Part shown: in pieces, positions 1 through 9,578 of the stretch
Layout: the number at the start of each line of letters is the position of its first letter
Numbering within the stretch: position 1 is the first letter of the stretch
Assembly (NCBI GenBank): GCA_049968755.1
Contig: JBMFQE010000001.1
Location: 75,883-139,882, forward strand
Origin: Bacteroidales bacterium
GTDB lineage: Bacteria; Bacteroidota; Bacteroidia; Bacteroidales; DTGW01
Reading direction: 5' to 3'
Length of the DNA stretch: 64,000 nucleotides
Program-made: the position numbers and the translations under genes
The notes under the pieces: generated by a model
Database searches by the model: none
Told to the model about the DNA's origin: nothing
What the model saw: the letters and a program-made list of their open reading frames with translations, nothing else

Positions 1-1
1 C

Positions 2-3000
2 GTTACCGATACCCTTACCGGCTGTGCCACTTCCGATACGGTGAATATAACTTTTGAGATTCGCAATGGAGGAGTTACCAATGCTAACCTGCCGCTTGAA
101 ATTTGTCATGGCGAGCTGAACAGTGTTCAGGTAGAGTTTACCAATACGGGAAATCTCAACATACCGGCAGGTGATACGGTGTTGCTGGGTTACAAGATAA
201 ACAATACGCTATATGTCCCCGACACCCTTATTCTTAGCAATAATCTTACTCCAGGAGGAAAAATTTTGCATCAGTTTACAGGTTTGAACAATCGTCTGGA
301 TACAGGGATTCTGGTGGTTAAGTTTTATTGTAAACTCAGCCAGGATGTACAACGCTCGAACGATACCCTTGTCGACAACCTTACCGTACATCCAACGCCG
401 TACGTCAACTTTGAGTCAGTAAATGATACCATAATATCTACACCGCCCTATGTGCTGCAGGCACCTGTGGGTACGGGTTATACCTACACGTGGACACCCA
501 CGCATTCGGGTAGTTCATATTCGGTTACCAGCAGCGGATGGTATAAGGTACAGGTTGAAACACCCTTTGGATGTAAGGATAGTTCGAAAGTGTATGTCAA
601 TATTTTTGTGCCCGATGGCGGTATAACCAGCATCCTGTCGGTTCCCTCGGCCTGTGCAGGTTATTTTGATACGGTTACCGTTGTGTTCCAAAATCTGGGT
701 ACCACAGTAATTCCTCAGGGTACCGTCGTGGCAATGAAATGCAAGGTTGGTAATAAACCCGAAAAAATAGATTCAGTAGTGGTAAATCGCGATCTTAATC
801 CACCGCAGGGCTCAATTCCCGGCGATACCATTAAACATACTTTCCGTGGATTGAAAACGCTTGTAAGCAATGGAACCAATAATATAAAATACTACTCCCT
901 ATATACGGAAGATGTGGTTCATTCCAATGATACTGCCTATGCAGTGGTTGATATTTACCCTATTCCAACAATAGCACTTGAGGGAGGACAGGATACGGTA
1001 GCCTACATGCCAGGTAATTATCTGTCGGCCAATAAGGGTACAAGTTATGATTATTTGTGGAATACAGGTGCGACTACCGAGCAAATTCTTATTGAAACCG
1101 AAGGAAAATATTGGGTTCGCGTTACGCATAAGACAACGGGCTGCTTCAACAGCGATTCTATTTATGTAAAAATTTTAAATTATGACATTGCCGTTACCCA
1201 GGTAGATCTTCCTGCAAGCATGTGTTATAAAGGTATCGACTCGGTAAACGTAGAAATTACTAACGTAGGGAATGTAGCATTCGATCCGGGAACAGATATT
1301 GATTTAATTTACATGACCGACCAGATGCAGTCGCATTATGCCAGCATTACTCTTGATAATTCTTTTGACCCGGGCGAAAAGCTAATCGTTAAGATTGGCA
1401 AAGTGGCTGAGAAATTGGGTGTTGGTAACCGTACTGTTAAATTTTTCCCCATGTTATCTCCAGAGACCAATCCCGACAATGATACCTTAGTCCATTCCAT
1501 CAACGTAATAGCTTTACCTGCCATCAACTTTGGGGCAACTAACGATACGGTGAAGGGGTATCCTGGATTTACCCTGCAAACGGGTCTCGACAAGAACACT
1601 CATACCTTCCTTTGGAGTAACGGAAAAATGTCCGATACCATTCATGTGGCCACTTCGGGTTATTATTGGGTAAAGGCTACCAACACCAGTACGGGCTGTT
1701 TCAACCGCGACACGGTATATGCTCACGTGCGTATTCCAGATGGAAGCGTAACAGCTGTAGCGGGTACAACAGGTATTTGTTCCAACGAACTCGATGCGCT
1801 GGATGTTACCCTTACTAATTCGGGGAATGAAACCTTAGCCGCTGGAACTATGGTACGCATAGCCATATTAGCAGATAATTCGCTGGCTGTGGTAGATACC
1901 AGCTATTTAACCTCTTCGTTGAACGTGGGTAGCAACAGGAATATAACTATCGGCAATTTGGCGGGCAAAATTTTTGCGTCGAATCCCGTGCTGAAAGTTT
2001 ACGCTATTCTTCCCGAGGATATTGTTCCCTCGAATGATACTTTTGCCTATAGTTCTGGTTTGCTTCCGGCCTATAAGTATACGGTCAACGCAGCCATATG
2101 CGACGGCGATGTATATACGTTGCCTTCGGGTTTACCGGTAACGGTTACAGGGACCTATACCAGCAACCTAACTACCGTTGGCGGATGCGATAGTATCATA
2201 ATAACCCAGTTAACGGTACATCCTACCTATAGTAAGGAACAAAGTATTACCATCTGCCAGGGCAATAGCTACCTGGGGCATACTACCAGCGGTACCTATA
2301 TCGATACGCTCACTACCGTTTATGGCTGTGATAGCGTGGTGACAACGCACCTGACGGTTAACCCCTCGTACCATATTACCGATACCGTGGATATTTGCGA
2401 GGGTAATTCTTATAAGGGACATACTACCAGTGGTACCTATGTTGAGAATTTACAGACCTATTTGGGTTGCGATAGCATCATAACTACTGTTTTGCGGGTA
2501 CATCCAAACTACAACATTGAGCAGGATATTTACATATGTATCGGCGAAACCTATAATGGACATGATACTACAGGTACTTACACGGATCATTTTACCTCTT
2601 ATTGGGGATGCGATAGTACGGTTATTACCCATCTGACCGTTGGTTACAGGGCCAATGTTATAGATACTGCTATATGCGAGGGCGAAAGTTTTATGGGACG
2701 CACACAAACGGGTACCTACTACGATACCATAGCCATGTCGCCAGGATGCGATAGCTTGATTATACTGCATTTGACTGTGCATCCAATACCCAGATTCCAT
2801 CTGGCCGATGGCAGTGAAGAAATTACGACCTATTTCCCCTATACCATTGAGATAAACTTTGAAGGTTCAGAAAATCCCGACGATTTCACTTACCTGTGGA
2901 ACGATACCGGAACCATGCGCAATGCAAGCGTTGATTTTGCAGGTACTTACCGGTTAAAGGTGACAAACAAGACAACCGGTTGTTCCAATACACAACAACT

Positions 3001-3841
3001 TATCCTGCATCAGCCCGAGGAGTATGATATTACCATGTTTGATTTTGATGATTATGATGCCACAACCTGTTTGGGCTCACCCAATCAGCTAACAGTGGTC
3101 ATTAAGAATGTTGGAAACACTTATGTACCCGCAGGTAGTGATGTTGGCATTAAGCTTACTATAAACACTCAGGTGGTTAAAAATGAAACCTTACACTTGA
3201 CTGCTCCCCTATTGAAGAATGCCACGCTGAATTATAGTCTGGGCAATATTGCCTCGCATCTGAAATTGGGCAGCAACACAATCAAAGTCGATCTTACTCT
3301 GGCAGGGGATATCCAGGCTTCAAATAATTTGAAAACGGCCAATATTACAGCCAATCAGTCCCCTGCATTAAATCTGGCTAATGGTAAGGATACTATAACC
3401 TATTCTACCAGCAGCTATACCCTCGATGCAGGCGCGGGTTATGACAATTATCTCTGGAGTACGGGTTCATCAGGTCGTTATTTGGTAGTAAGCAGTACAG
3501 GTAAGTATTGGCTAAGAGTTACCAAAAATGGCTGTACCGCAAGCGATACGGTATTCCTCAAGAAAGTAACTGGAATATCCGAAATGGCTGCTGCCACTTT
3601 TGAAATTTATCCAATCCCTGCAACCGATCAAATTACGCTGAGAGGTAATGGACTTGCTTTGCAGAATCCTGTTATAGAAGTGCATACCACCGAGGGTAAA
3701 TTGTATTATAGAGAAGAATTGAAAGGAAGCTTTGCTGATTTTTCACACGCTATTTCTATCAAGCATTGGGCCAAAGGTATGTACATTTTAAAGCTATATA
3801 CGGGAGAGGGAATAGTGTTCAAGTCAATCATTGTTCAATAG
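2..3841 (+). CDS. Large multidomain cell-surface protein with a T9SS C-terminal sorting domain; 5' end cut by the window edge
   Basis: The frame stays open upstream of the listed GTG back to nt 2, and VTDTLTGCATSDT matches the internal ...TGCxxxDxxxV module ends. There are at least 6 alternating modules (an NxGN...SNDT CARDB-like segment plus an ~85-aa segment ending TGCxxxD) and 5 Cys..GCDS repeats. The last ~80 aa (EIYPIPATDQITL...GMYILKLYTGEG..FKSIIVQ) resemble a Por/T9SS type A CTD. Confidence 0.8.
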   Translation, partial: VTDTLTGCATSDTVNITFEIRNGGVTNANLPLEICHGELNSVQVEFTNTGNLNIPAGDTVLLGYKINNTLYVPDTLILSNNLTPGGKILHQFTGLNNRLDTGILVVKFYCKLSQDVQRSNDTLVDNLTVHPTPYVNFESVNDTIISTPPYVLQAPVGTGYTYTWTPTHSGSSYSVTSSGWYKVQVETPFGCKDSSKVYVNIFVPDGGITSILSVPSACAGYFDTVTVVFQNLGTTVIPQGTVVAMKCKVGNKPEKIDSVVVNRDLNPPQGSIPGDTIKHTFRGLKTLVSNGTNNIKYYSLYTEDVVHSNDTAYAVVDIYPIPTIALEGGQDTVAYMPGNYLSANKGTSYDYLWNTGATTEQILIETEGKYWVRVTHKTTGCFNSDSIYVKILNYDIAVTQVDLPASMCYKGIDSVNVEITNVGNVAFDPGTDIDLIYMTDQMQSHYASITLDNSFDPGEKLIVKIGKVAEKLGVGNRTVKFFPMLSPETNPDNDTLVHSINVIALPAINFGATNDTVKGYPGFTLQTGLDKNTHTFLWSNGKMSDTIHVATSGYYWVKATNTSTGCFNRDTVYAHVRIPDGSVTAVAGTTGICSNELDALDVTLTNSGNETLAAGTMVRIAILADNSLAVVDTSYLTSSLNVGSNRNITIGNLAGKIFASNPVLKVYAILPEDIVPSNDTFAYSSGLLPAYKYTVNAAICDGDVYTLPSGLPVTVTGTYTSNLTTVGGCDSIIITQLTVHPTYSKEQSITICQGNSYLGHTTSGTYIDTLTTVYGCDSVVTTHLTVNPSYHITDTVDICEGNSYKGHTTSGTYVENLQTYLGCDSIITTVLRVHPNYNIEQDIYICIGETYNGHDTTGTYTDHFTSYWGCDSTVITHLTVGYRANVIDTAICEGESFMGRTQTGTYYDTIAMSPGCDSLIILHLTVHPIPRFHLADGSEEITTYFPYTIEINFEGSENPDDFTYLWNDTGTMRNASVDFAGTYRLKVTNKTTGCSNTQQLILHQPEEYDITMFDFDDYDATTCLGSPNQLTVVIKNVGNTYVPAGSDVGIKLTINTQVVKNETLHLTAPLLKNATLNYSLGNIASHLKLGSNTIKVDLTLAGDIQASNNLKTANITANQSPALNLANGKDTITYSTSSYTLDAGAGYDNYLWSTGSSGRYLVVSSTGKYWLRVTKNGCTASDTVFLKKVTGISEMAAATFEIYPIPATDQITLRGNGLALQNPVIEVHTTEGKLYYREELKGSFADFSHAISIKHWAKGMYILKLYTGEGIVFKSIIVQ
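2090..2785 (+). repeat. Five tandem ~38-45 aa coding repeats (C-x2-G-x-[YF]-x-G-x-T-x-[ST]-GTY-x-D...GCDS-x6-L-[TR]-V) inside the surface protein gene
   Basis: Read directly from the translation: CDGDVY..GGCDSIIITQLTVHP / CQGNSYLGHTTSGTY..YGCDSVVTTHLTVNP / CEGNSYKGHTTSGTY..LGCDSIITTVLRVHP / CIGETYNGHDTTGTY..WGCDSTVITHLTV / CEGESFMGRTQTGTY..PGCDSLIILHLTVHP. Confidence 0.8.
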
Positions 3842-3861
3842 CGAGGTTAAGTGGATTTCAT

Positions 3862-3895
3862 AAAAAAAGCGGCCCGAGGGCCGCTTTTCATTTTT
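3862..3895. terminator. Bidirectional intrinsic terminator between convergent genes
   Basis: An A-run is followed by GCGGCC-cgag-GGCCGC and then TTTTCATTTTT. The A-run upstream lets the hairpin work on both strands. Confidence 0.7.
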
Positions 3896-3907
3896 ACTGG
3901 CATGTGC

Positions 3908-4114
3908 TTACTTAGAAGGGGTAGCAGCAGGTTTGCTTTCTTCCTTCTTGGCTTCTTTAGCCTCTTTGGTTGCCTTGTGGGCTTCTTTCTTTACCTCTTT
4001 CTTTTCAGCTTTTGTTTCAGTCTTAGGTTTTTCCTTGTTTTCAGTGGTTTGTGCTAAAACAACACCACCAGCCAGCAATGCCAGCGACAAAACGAAAATA
4101 CTTAATTTTTTCAT
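3908..4114 (-). CDS. Small secreted Lys/Glu-rich low-complexity protein
   Basis: Signal peptide MKKLSIFVLSLALLAGGVVLAQ is followed by a KE-rich tail. A TAACTTTG box lies 29 nt upstream. The opposite-strand ORFs span the terminator and look like artefacts. Confidence 0.6.
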   Translation of the reverse strand: MKKLSIFVLSLALLAGGVVLAQTTENKEKPKTETKAEKKEVKKEAHKATKEAKEAKKEESKPAATPSK

Positions 4115-4142
4115 GGCTTAATTTTTTATTGGTTTAACGAGT

Positions 4143-4150
4143 CAAAGTTA
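4143..4150 (-). promoter_or_regulatory. Bacteroidota -7 promoter box TAACTTTG
   Basis: Exact match to TAnnTTTG on the minus strand, 29 nt upstream of the ATG at 4114. Confidence 0.45.
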
Positions 4151-4268
4151 TGGTAAAACCACTTGCTATGGATAGTATTTTAACCAAAGAAAAGTTAAAA
4201 CCTAAGATGTGAAATATAAATTTTTGTTAAAAATGTTAATTTGGGCATATAAATTTGGGGCAGGAATT

Positions 4269-4919
4269 TTATTCATCCATTTCAATAATTTTATTTTTAA
4301 TAGCCCACATGACCAGGCTGGCAGAATTTTTACAGCCTGTTTTATGGAGAAGATTGGTGCGATGGGTACGAATGGTAGCTGAACTAACATGCAGTTTTTC
4401 GGCAATTTCCTCGTTCGAATATCCGAGTGCTATCCATTTGAGTACTTCCTGCTCTCTCGGCGTAAGTATGGGATGCTCTGGTTGTATCTTCACAGCAACA
4501 TTTTGAATCAATTTGACGAGTAATTCATTGGAAAAATAATTATTGCCTTCTGCCACCGTTTCAATTGCCTTCAATAATTCGCTAATTCCCGATGATTTTA
4601 ATACAAACCCCTTAATGCCTTGCTGAATCATTTGATAGTAATATTTTTCCTCGCCAAACATCGTAAGCGCCAATATTTTTAGGTCGGGCTTCTTTTCCCG
4701 GGCCAATGCCGTTGCCTCAATGCCATCGATTTCGGGCATGGCAATATCCATAAGAATCACATCAGGATTGTGCTGAGTGAATTTTTCCAGAAAGTCTTTT
4801 CCATTGACAGCTTCGCCAACAACTTCAATTCGATTGGTGGTATCTAACAGCGTTTTTACACCTTGCCGAAACATGTCGTGATCATCGACGATGAAGACTT
4901 TTATTTTCTGCCCTACCAT
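4269..4919 (-). CDS. LuxR/NarL-family response regulator (REC + HTH)
   Basis: VDDHD...DIAMPEIDG receiver motifs are present, with a C-terminal LuxR HTH (GYSNEEIAEKLHVSSATIRTHRTNLL). Confidence 0.9.
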   Translation of the reverse strand: MVGQKIKVFIVDDHDMFRQGVKTLLDTTNRIEVVGEAVNGKDFLEKFTQHNPDVILMDIAMPEIDGIEATALAREKKPDLKILALTMFGEEKYYYQMIQQGIKGFVLKSSGISELLKAIETVAEGNNYFSNELLVKLIQNVAVKIQPEHPILTPREQEVLKWIALGYSNEEIAEKLHVSSATIRTHRTNLLHKTGCKNSASLVMWAIKNKIIEMDE

Positions 4920-4981
4920 AGCACGTTGATTTTGTTGATTTATAAAGTTAATATAATTCGTAGAGAAAAAGTGTTAAAAAA

Positions 4982-6409
4982 CTATTCATTGATAGGTAAA
5001 TAAACTTGCATTTCAAACCCTTCACCTGGTCGAGTATTTATGATGCAGTGCCCTTTTAGCGCCTGCACCCTGTTTTGAATGTTGAACAACCCCATACCTT
5101 TACTATCTTGTATTGTTTTGTTATAATCGAAACCTAATCCATTATCCCTGTATTTTACCTGTATTCTATTCTTTTCATGATTTAGCTCGATGCTAATGTG
5201 GTTGGCTCTGGCATATTTTAAAGTGTTGTTGACAGCCTCCAGCAGTATTCGGTATAGGGCTGTTTCCACGGAGGTGGCTAACCTTGAGCTTAGCTGGGCG
5301 TTAAATTGGTAGGTTAAGCCAAATGCATTGGTGGTTTTTTCCAGAAAGTCACCGAGTGCCTGAACTAAACCATACCGTTCAAGCAGGTGTGAGCTCAACT
5401 GATTAGATAAGGTTTTTGCTTGACGTATAGCTTCATCAATGGTTTGCAGGGCATAGTTGATTATTTCCTGGGTATTGGCTGTTTGGGGATTGGCTATCCA
5501 TTCAACGTACATTTTAAGGGTTGAAAGCAAGGGGCCAATTCCGTCGTGCAGCTCCCTGGCATAACGTCGTTGTTCGTTTTCTTGCGTGGCAATAATGGCC
5601 TCCAGAACCTTCTGTTCCACCTCTCTACGTTCGGTAATATCGCGAATAACTGCCAAAATTGCTTTCTCACCCAAAAAGTCAATCATATTGGGTCGTACTT
5701 CCAGGTATCGGCGTTTATTAACCATGCTGGTAATTTCATACTCAAAACTGTTTTGCGCAATAGCCTCTTGCGTAAGTTTTTCGATAAAATCGGAATAGTT
5801 TTCTTGCATTATTCTGCTGCAAGTTGCTATTATTTTTTCCTCGGCTGAAATGGAAAATATTTTTCGAAATGCAGGATTTGCCTCCAGTACCTCATTGTTT
5901 CGGATCACTACAATACCATCACTGCTTTGCTCAAATATGGTAAAAAGTTTGAGTTGTTGTTCCTTAATCTGGTTAAAGGCCTGCTGTATAATACTGTTAT
6001 TACGTTGAAGCTCTTTGAGGAGTCGTTTATTCTCCTGTCGCAGGTTGTATTCTTGAACGGCACGATGAATCGTATCGAGCATGTATGCGTATGAATAGGG
6101 TTTGGCGATATAATGAAATATACCTCCCTGATTTATGGCTTTTATTGCCGATACCTCGTCGGCATAGGCAGTACATAGTATTTTGATAATGTCGGGATAT
6201 GTTTGGTGCACCCGGTTTAAGAAGGTCAAACCATCCTCCTTGGGCATCCGCAGGTCCGATACCAAAACCTTAATAGGATAACGTGATAACGATTCCCATG
6301 CTTGTTGGGGATTCGATTCGATGATAACCGCAAATGAATCGGAAAGGTATTCGGCAAAAAGCCTTAAATTTACCTCATTGTCATCAACATACAGTATGTA
6401 ATCTCTCAT
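4982..6409 (-). CDS. Hybrid sensor kinase: N-terminal receiver + PAS + HisKA_3 + HATPase_c
   Basis: REC motifs (YVDDN, VSDLRMP, IAKP), a coiled-coil/PAS segment, the H-box ELHDGIGPLLS (NarX/DesK type), and ATPase N and G boxes (EAVNNTLKYA, DNGLGF, GMGLFN). Confidence 0.85.
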   Translation of the reverse strand: MRDYILYVDDNEVNLRLFAEYLSDSFAVIIESNPQQAWESLSRYPIKVLVSDLRMPKEDGLTFLNRVHQTYPDIIKILCTAYADEVSAIKAINQGGIFHYIAKPYSYAYMLDTIHRAVQEYNLRQENKRLLKELQRNNSIIQQAFNQIKEQQLKLFTIFEQSSDGIVVIRNNEVLEANPAFRKIFSISAEEKIIATCSRIMQENYSDFIEKLTQEAIAQNSFEYEITSMVNKRRYLEVRPNMIDFLGEKAILAVIRDITERREVEQKVLEAIIATQENEQRRYARELHDGIGPLLSTLKMYVEWIANPQTANTQEIINYALQTIDEAIRQAKTLSNQLSSHLLERYGLVQALGDFLEKTTNAFGLTYQFNAQLSSRLATSVETALYRILLEAVNNTLKYARANHISIELNHEKNRIQVKYRDNGLGFDYNKTIQDSKGMGLFNIQNRVQALKGHCIINTRPGEGFEMQVYLPINE

Positions 6410-6600
6410 ATTTCACATGCTAAACTATTTTAGAAATACCAGGTAAGATTGTCGATGAAAAGCTTGAAAATATAGTGTTATTTAAAGATAACAAAAAATT
6501 ATTAATTCTGCTTGGCGATGCAAAAAAAGATCTAAGGAAGTTAAGTGATATTTAAGACATTCATTAGTAGGTTTGAGATTGTTGGGGGAGGGGAAAAATT

Positions 6601-6628
6601 AAAAGCAGCCACGTTTTATGGCTGCTTT
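6601..6628 (-). terminator. Intrinsic terminator downstream of the tRNA-Met gene
   Basis: The minus strand reads AGCAGCC-ataaaacgt-GGCTGCT followed by TTTT. Confidence 0.6.
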
Positions 6629-6634
6629 ATATAG

Positions 6635-6707
<73 letters not shown>

Positions 6708-6720
6708 GTGTTTTGCGCTG

Positions 6721-6728
6721 CAAAATTA
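6721..6728 (-). promoter_or_regulatory. -7 promoter box TAATTTTG for tRNA-Met
   Basis: TAnnTTTG match 14 nt upstream of the tRNA 5' end. The same octamer precedes tRNA-Pro. Confidence 0.5.
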
Positions 6729-6758
6729 TAATTTGTTTTTAAATTTTACAAATCTTTT

Positions 6759-8024
6759 TTATTTATAAATCAGGGTTGAAAGTCGTTGAGGATCGAAAAT
6801 TTCGTTGGCAACATCCAGCAGCATGCTGGCATCGATATTGTCCAATTTTTGTGCCACTTCTGCAAGACTGTCGAAATGATTATACACGAGAATGCTTTTT
6901 CCCAGTGCCATTAGCAGGTTTTCGTTGTTTTCGACGCTAATAGCCAGCTGCCCCATGAGCTGCCGTTTGGCCAGATGTAATCGTAGGTCGGACATTCTTT
7001 TAGTGCGAAACTGAGTTAATTCCTTATGAATCAAGGTAAGGCATTTATCGAGCTTGCGGGCATCGCAGCCGAAATACACCGAAAATATACCCGTATCGGA
7101 ATAGCTAACATACGACGATTCAATGTTATAGGCGCATGCTCTGCGTTCGCGGAGTTCAACATTGAGACGCGAATTCATGCCCGGCCCTCCAAGTATATCA
7201 TTCAGCAGTAGCAGGGTAAGCCGGCGAGGATTATTGAAACCATAAGCCTGCGTGCCTATAACGCAGTGGGTTTGATTTAAATTCTTTTGCAATTGCACTT
7301 GAAAAAGAGGCGATGCTGGTGGTTTCTCTCGGCTAAAATCTCGTAATCGGGCAGGGTATCCTTCAAAATATTTTTGTGCCAGCCGTTTCAGCTTATCGAA
7401 AGAGTAATTGCCTACTACGCTAACCACCATTTGGTCGGTATGGTAGTTGCGCTCAATAAAATGTAATAGGTGAGAACGTTCAAGTTTTAGTAATGTTTCG
7501 GGTGTACCCAGAATGTTCCTTCCCAATGCTGAGCTCTCGAATAGGCGCTGGTCGAAATCGTCGAATATAACCTCGGCAGGATTGTCGCGAAATGAATTGA
7601 TCTCGTCAATGATGACAGACTTTTCCTTTTCGAGCTCATTTTCGGGAAAGGTAGCATGAAAAATGATGTCGGCCATGAGCTCCCACGCTCGTTCGAGGTA
7701 ATCGTTTAAGAAAGTAGCATGAATGCAGGTTTCTTCTTTGGTGGTGTAAGCATTGAGTTCTCCGCCAACATTTTCCATTCTGCCGATGATGTGGTGAGCT
7801 TTGCGCCGGATTGTTCCCTTAAAAATCATGTGCTCAATTAAATGTGCCAACCCATGTTCATGGGAGAGCTCATCGCGCGAACCGGCATTGATAAAAAATG
7901 CTGTATACGTGATGGGTGAACGGTTGGGTGCAAAGACAATACGAATGCCATTAGAGAGGGTATGTACCAGATAGCTGAACTCGCCCAGGGCAAATTCATG
8001 CTTGATTTTTCCCGCTCTGCTCAT
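6759..8024 (-). CDS. M16-family (pitrilysin/insulinase-like) zinc peptidase
   Basis: HLIEHMIFKGT (HxxEH zinc motif) with a two-domain M16 length. The first ATG is at 8024. The listed start at 8057 is a TTG inside the upstream gene. Confidence 0.85.
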   Translation of the reverse strand: MSRAGKIKHEFALGEFSYLVHTLSNGIRIVFAPNRSPITYTAFFINAGSRDELSHEHGLAHLIEHMIFKGTIRRKAHHIIGRMENVGGELNAYTTKEETCIHATFLNDYLERAWELMADIIFHATFPENELEKEKSVIIDEINSFRDNPAEVIFDDFDQRLFESSALGRNILGTPETLLKLERSHLLHFIERNYHTDQMVVSVVGNYSFDKLKRLAQKYFEGYPARLRDFSREKPPASPLFQVQLQKNLNQTHCVIGTQAYGFNNPRRLTLLLLNDILGGPGMNSRLNVELRERRACAYNIESSYVSYSDTGIFSVYFGCDARKLDKCLTLIHKELTQFRTKRMSDLRLHLAKRQLMGQLAISVENNENLLMALGKSILVYNHFDSLAEVAQKLDNIDASMLLDVANEIFDPQRLSTLIYK

Positions 8025-8436
8025 CCGCTGATGTTTCGGCTTTTTCTGCTTCTTCAAAATGGGTTATTCCATTTCGGACGAGAATATTATACCAGCTCAC
8101 AACTTTTTTCATATCCGATGCATGTACTTTCTCTTTATCGTATTGAGGTACAATTTGTTCGAAGTAAGCTTTAAGTTGTTTTTCATCTACTTTTCCTCCC
8201 ATGGCCAGACCGCCCTGCTCTTTTTCAAAAATTTTTTTAAAAACCTCACGCAGAGGAATTTCTGCATCTACCGTGTAAATGGCAATATCTCCCAGTGAAA
8301 CTACCCGATAGTGGGCGTAAGCTATCATTCGTTTTTTATCCTCGAGGCCTTCGACAATAATTCCATTCCGTGCCTGTGAAACGTACCTGTATAAGCCACT
8401 ATAGCCTGAAATGCTTAAAATATCTTTTAATTCCAT
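7996..8436 (-). CDS. Conserved Bacteroidota hypothetical protein (DUF5606-like)
   Basis: 146-aa ORF with a TAACTTTG box 24 nt upstream. The N-terminus LKDILSISGYSGLYRYVSQARNGIIVE resembles the DUF5606 family from memory. Its 3' end overlaps the M16 gene start by 29 nt. Confidence 0.6.
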   Translation of the reverse strand: MELKDILSISGYSGLYRYVSQARNGIIVEGLEDKKRMIAYAHYRVVSLGDIAIYTVDAEIPLREVFKKIFEKEQGGLAMGGKVDEKQLKAYFEQIVPQYDKEKVHASDMKKVVSWYNILVRNGITHFEEAEKAETSADEQSGKNQA

Positions 8437-8459
8437 GACTTTGAAATTTTCGGACGGTA

Positions 8460-8467
8460 CAAAGTTA
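8460..8467 (-). promoter_or_regulatory. -7 promoter box TAACTTTG
   Basis: TAnnTTTG match 24 nt upstream of the ATG at 8436. Confidence 0.45.
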
Positions 8468-8560
8468 AAATATATTTATTTTGTCGCATGAAAGATTCCT
8501 AAAATCTTGATATCTTGTTTTCGTGAGTGGTAGGGTAGGGGAAAATTAAATAGCTGATTC

Positions 8561-9286
8561 ATGGATAGGCGTAAAGCATTTAAACGTTTATGCCAGAAGG
8601 TTGGGCAAACAGTTTATCGGCAGTCATTGCTGGAACCCAACGACAAAATCCTTGTTGGCATGTCTGGGGGAAAAGATTCGTTTCTTTTGCTTGAACTATT
8701 GGAGGAGCGAAAAAAACATCTTCCTTTTCCCGTTGAAATCGCAGCATTGCACGTTAGTATAAAAGAAATAGGCTATTCTGTTGATATAGAGTTGTTAAAA
8801 GACTTCTGCAATCAGCGAAAAATAGCTTTTTATTACGTTGAGGACAGCATAGGCTCTGACCTGGACCGTGCTGGCAAAGCCCCTTGTTTTGTGTGTTCAT
8901 GGCATCGGAGGAAGAATATTTTTCAGTTTGCTCAATCGATGGGATATAATAAAGTGGCATTAGGACACCATCGCGATGATGCTTTACAAACATTTCTACT
9001 CAATCTTATTTATCATGGTTCCATCAGCTCGCTTCCCTATAAACTTTCCATGTTCGATGGCCAGATTAAGCTTATTCGTCCGCTGCTCGATATTACGGAA
9101 AAAGAAATATTGACCTATACGCGTTTGGCAGGCTATCCGGCTGAAATCAAAGCGTGTACATTTAAACACGATAATAAAAGAGAGCAAATGAAAATGTTGC
9201 TGCAAATCATTCGGAAGCTTCATCCGTTGGCCGAAAGAAATATCTTCCGTTCGATGCGAAACATATACGAAGAGTATTTGCCCTGA
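8561..9286 (+). CDS. ttcA: TtcA-family PP-loop ATPase (tRNA 2-thiocytidine biosynthesis-like)
   Basis: PP-loop SGGKDS plus PCFVCSWHRRK (compare TtcA PCSLCSRLRRG), and the length is typical for the family. Confidence 0.75.
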   Translation: MDRRKAFKRLCQKVGQTVYRQSLLEPNDKILVGMSGGKDSFLLLELLEERKKHLPFPVEIAALHVSIKEIGYSVDIELLKDFCNQRKIAFYYVEDSIGSDLDRAGKAPCFVCSWHRRKNIFQFAQSMGYNKVALGHHRDDALQTFLLNLIYHGSISSLPYKLSMFDGQIKLIRPLLDITEKEILTYTRLAGYPAEIKACTFKHDNKREQMKMLLQIIRKLHPLAERNIFRSMRNIYEEYLP

Positions 9287-9313
9287 AAATTATGCCAGCT
9301 TATAATATTTGAT

Positions 9314-9321
9314 TACATTTG
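9314..9321 (+). promoter_or_regulatory. -7 promoter box TACATTTG
   Basis: TAnnTTTG match 30 nt upstream of the ATG at 9351. Confidence 0.4.
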
Positions 9322-9350
9322 CCCAATCTTGAATCTAAAAATACTGCTTT

Positions 9351-9578
9351 ATGAAATTTTCTAGTCAATTTGCGTGGATATATTTCATTTTTGGCTTGAT
9401 TATTGCATTGTTAATCTCGGTTTTTGGCTTGATACTGTTATTTTCAAAATCATTTTCGTACGTGCCTGAAAATTTTCGTTCGATACTGGGCGTTTTTCTT
9501 ATTGTATATGGACTTTTTCGGGTAATAAGTAACCTGATGAGATTGAAAAAAGATAACGAAAATGAAGACAATCATTAA
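9351..9578 (+). CDS. Small two-TM membrane protein
   Basis: Two hydrophobic helices with a charged C-terminal tail. The ORF overlaps the next gene start by 17 nt. Confidence 0.5.
   Translation: MKFSSQFAWIYFIFGLIIALLISVFGLILLFSKSFSYVPENFRSILGVFLIVYGLFRVISNLMRLKKDNENEDNH

Noticed and set aside
3851-4121. Plus-strand ORFs 3851-4057 and 3933-4121, opposite the Lys-rich secreted protein gene.
   Set aside because: The first begins inside the terminator hairpin. Both translate to Phe/Leu/Ser low-complexity mirror sequence. The minus-strand ORF has a signal peptide and a TAACTTTG box.
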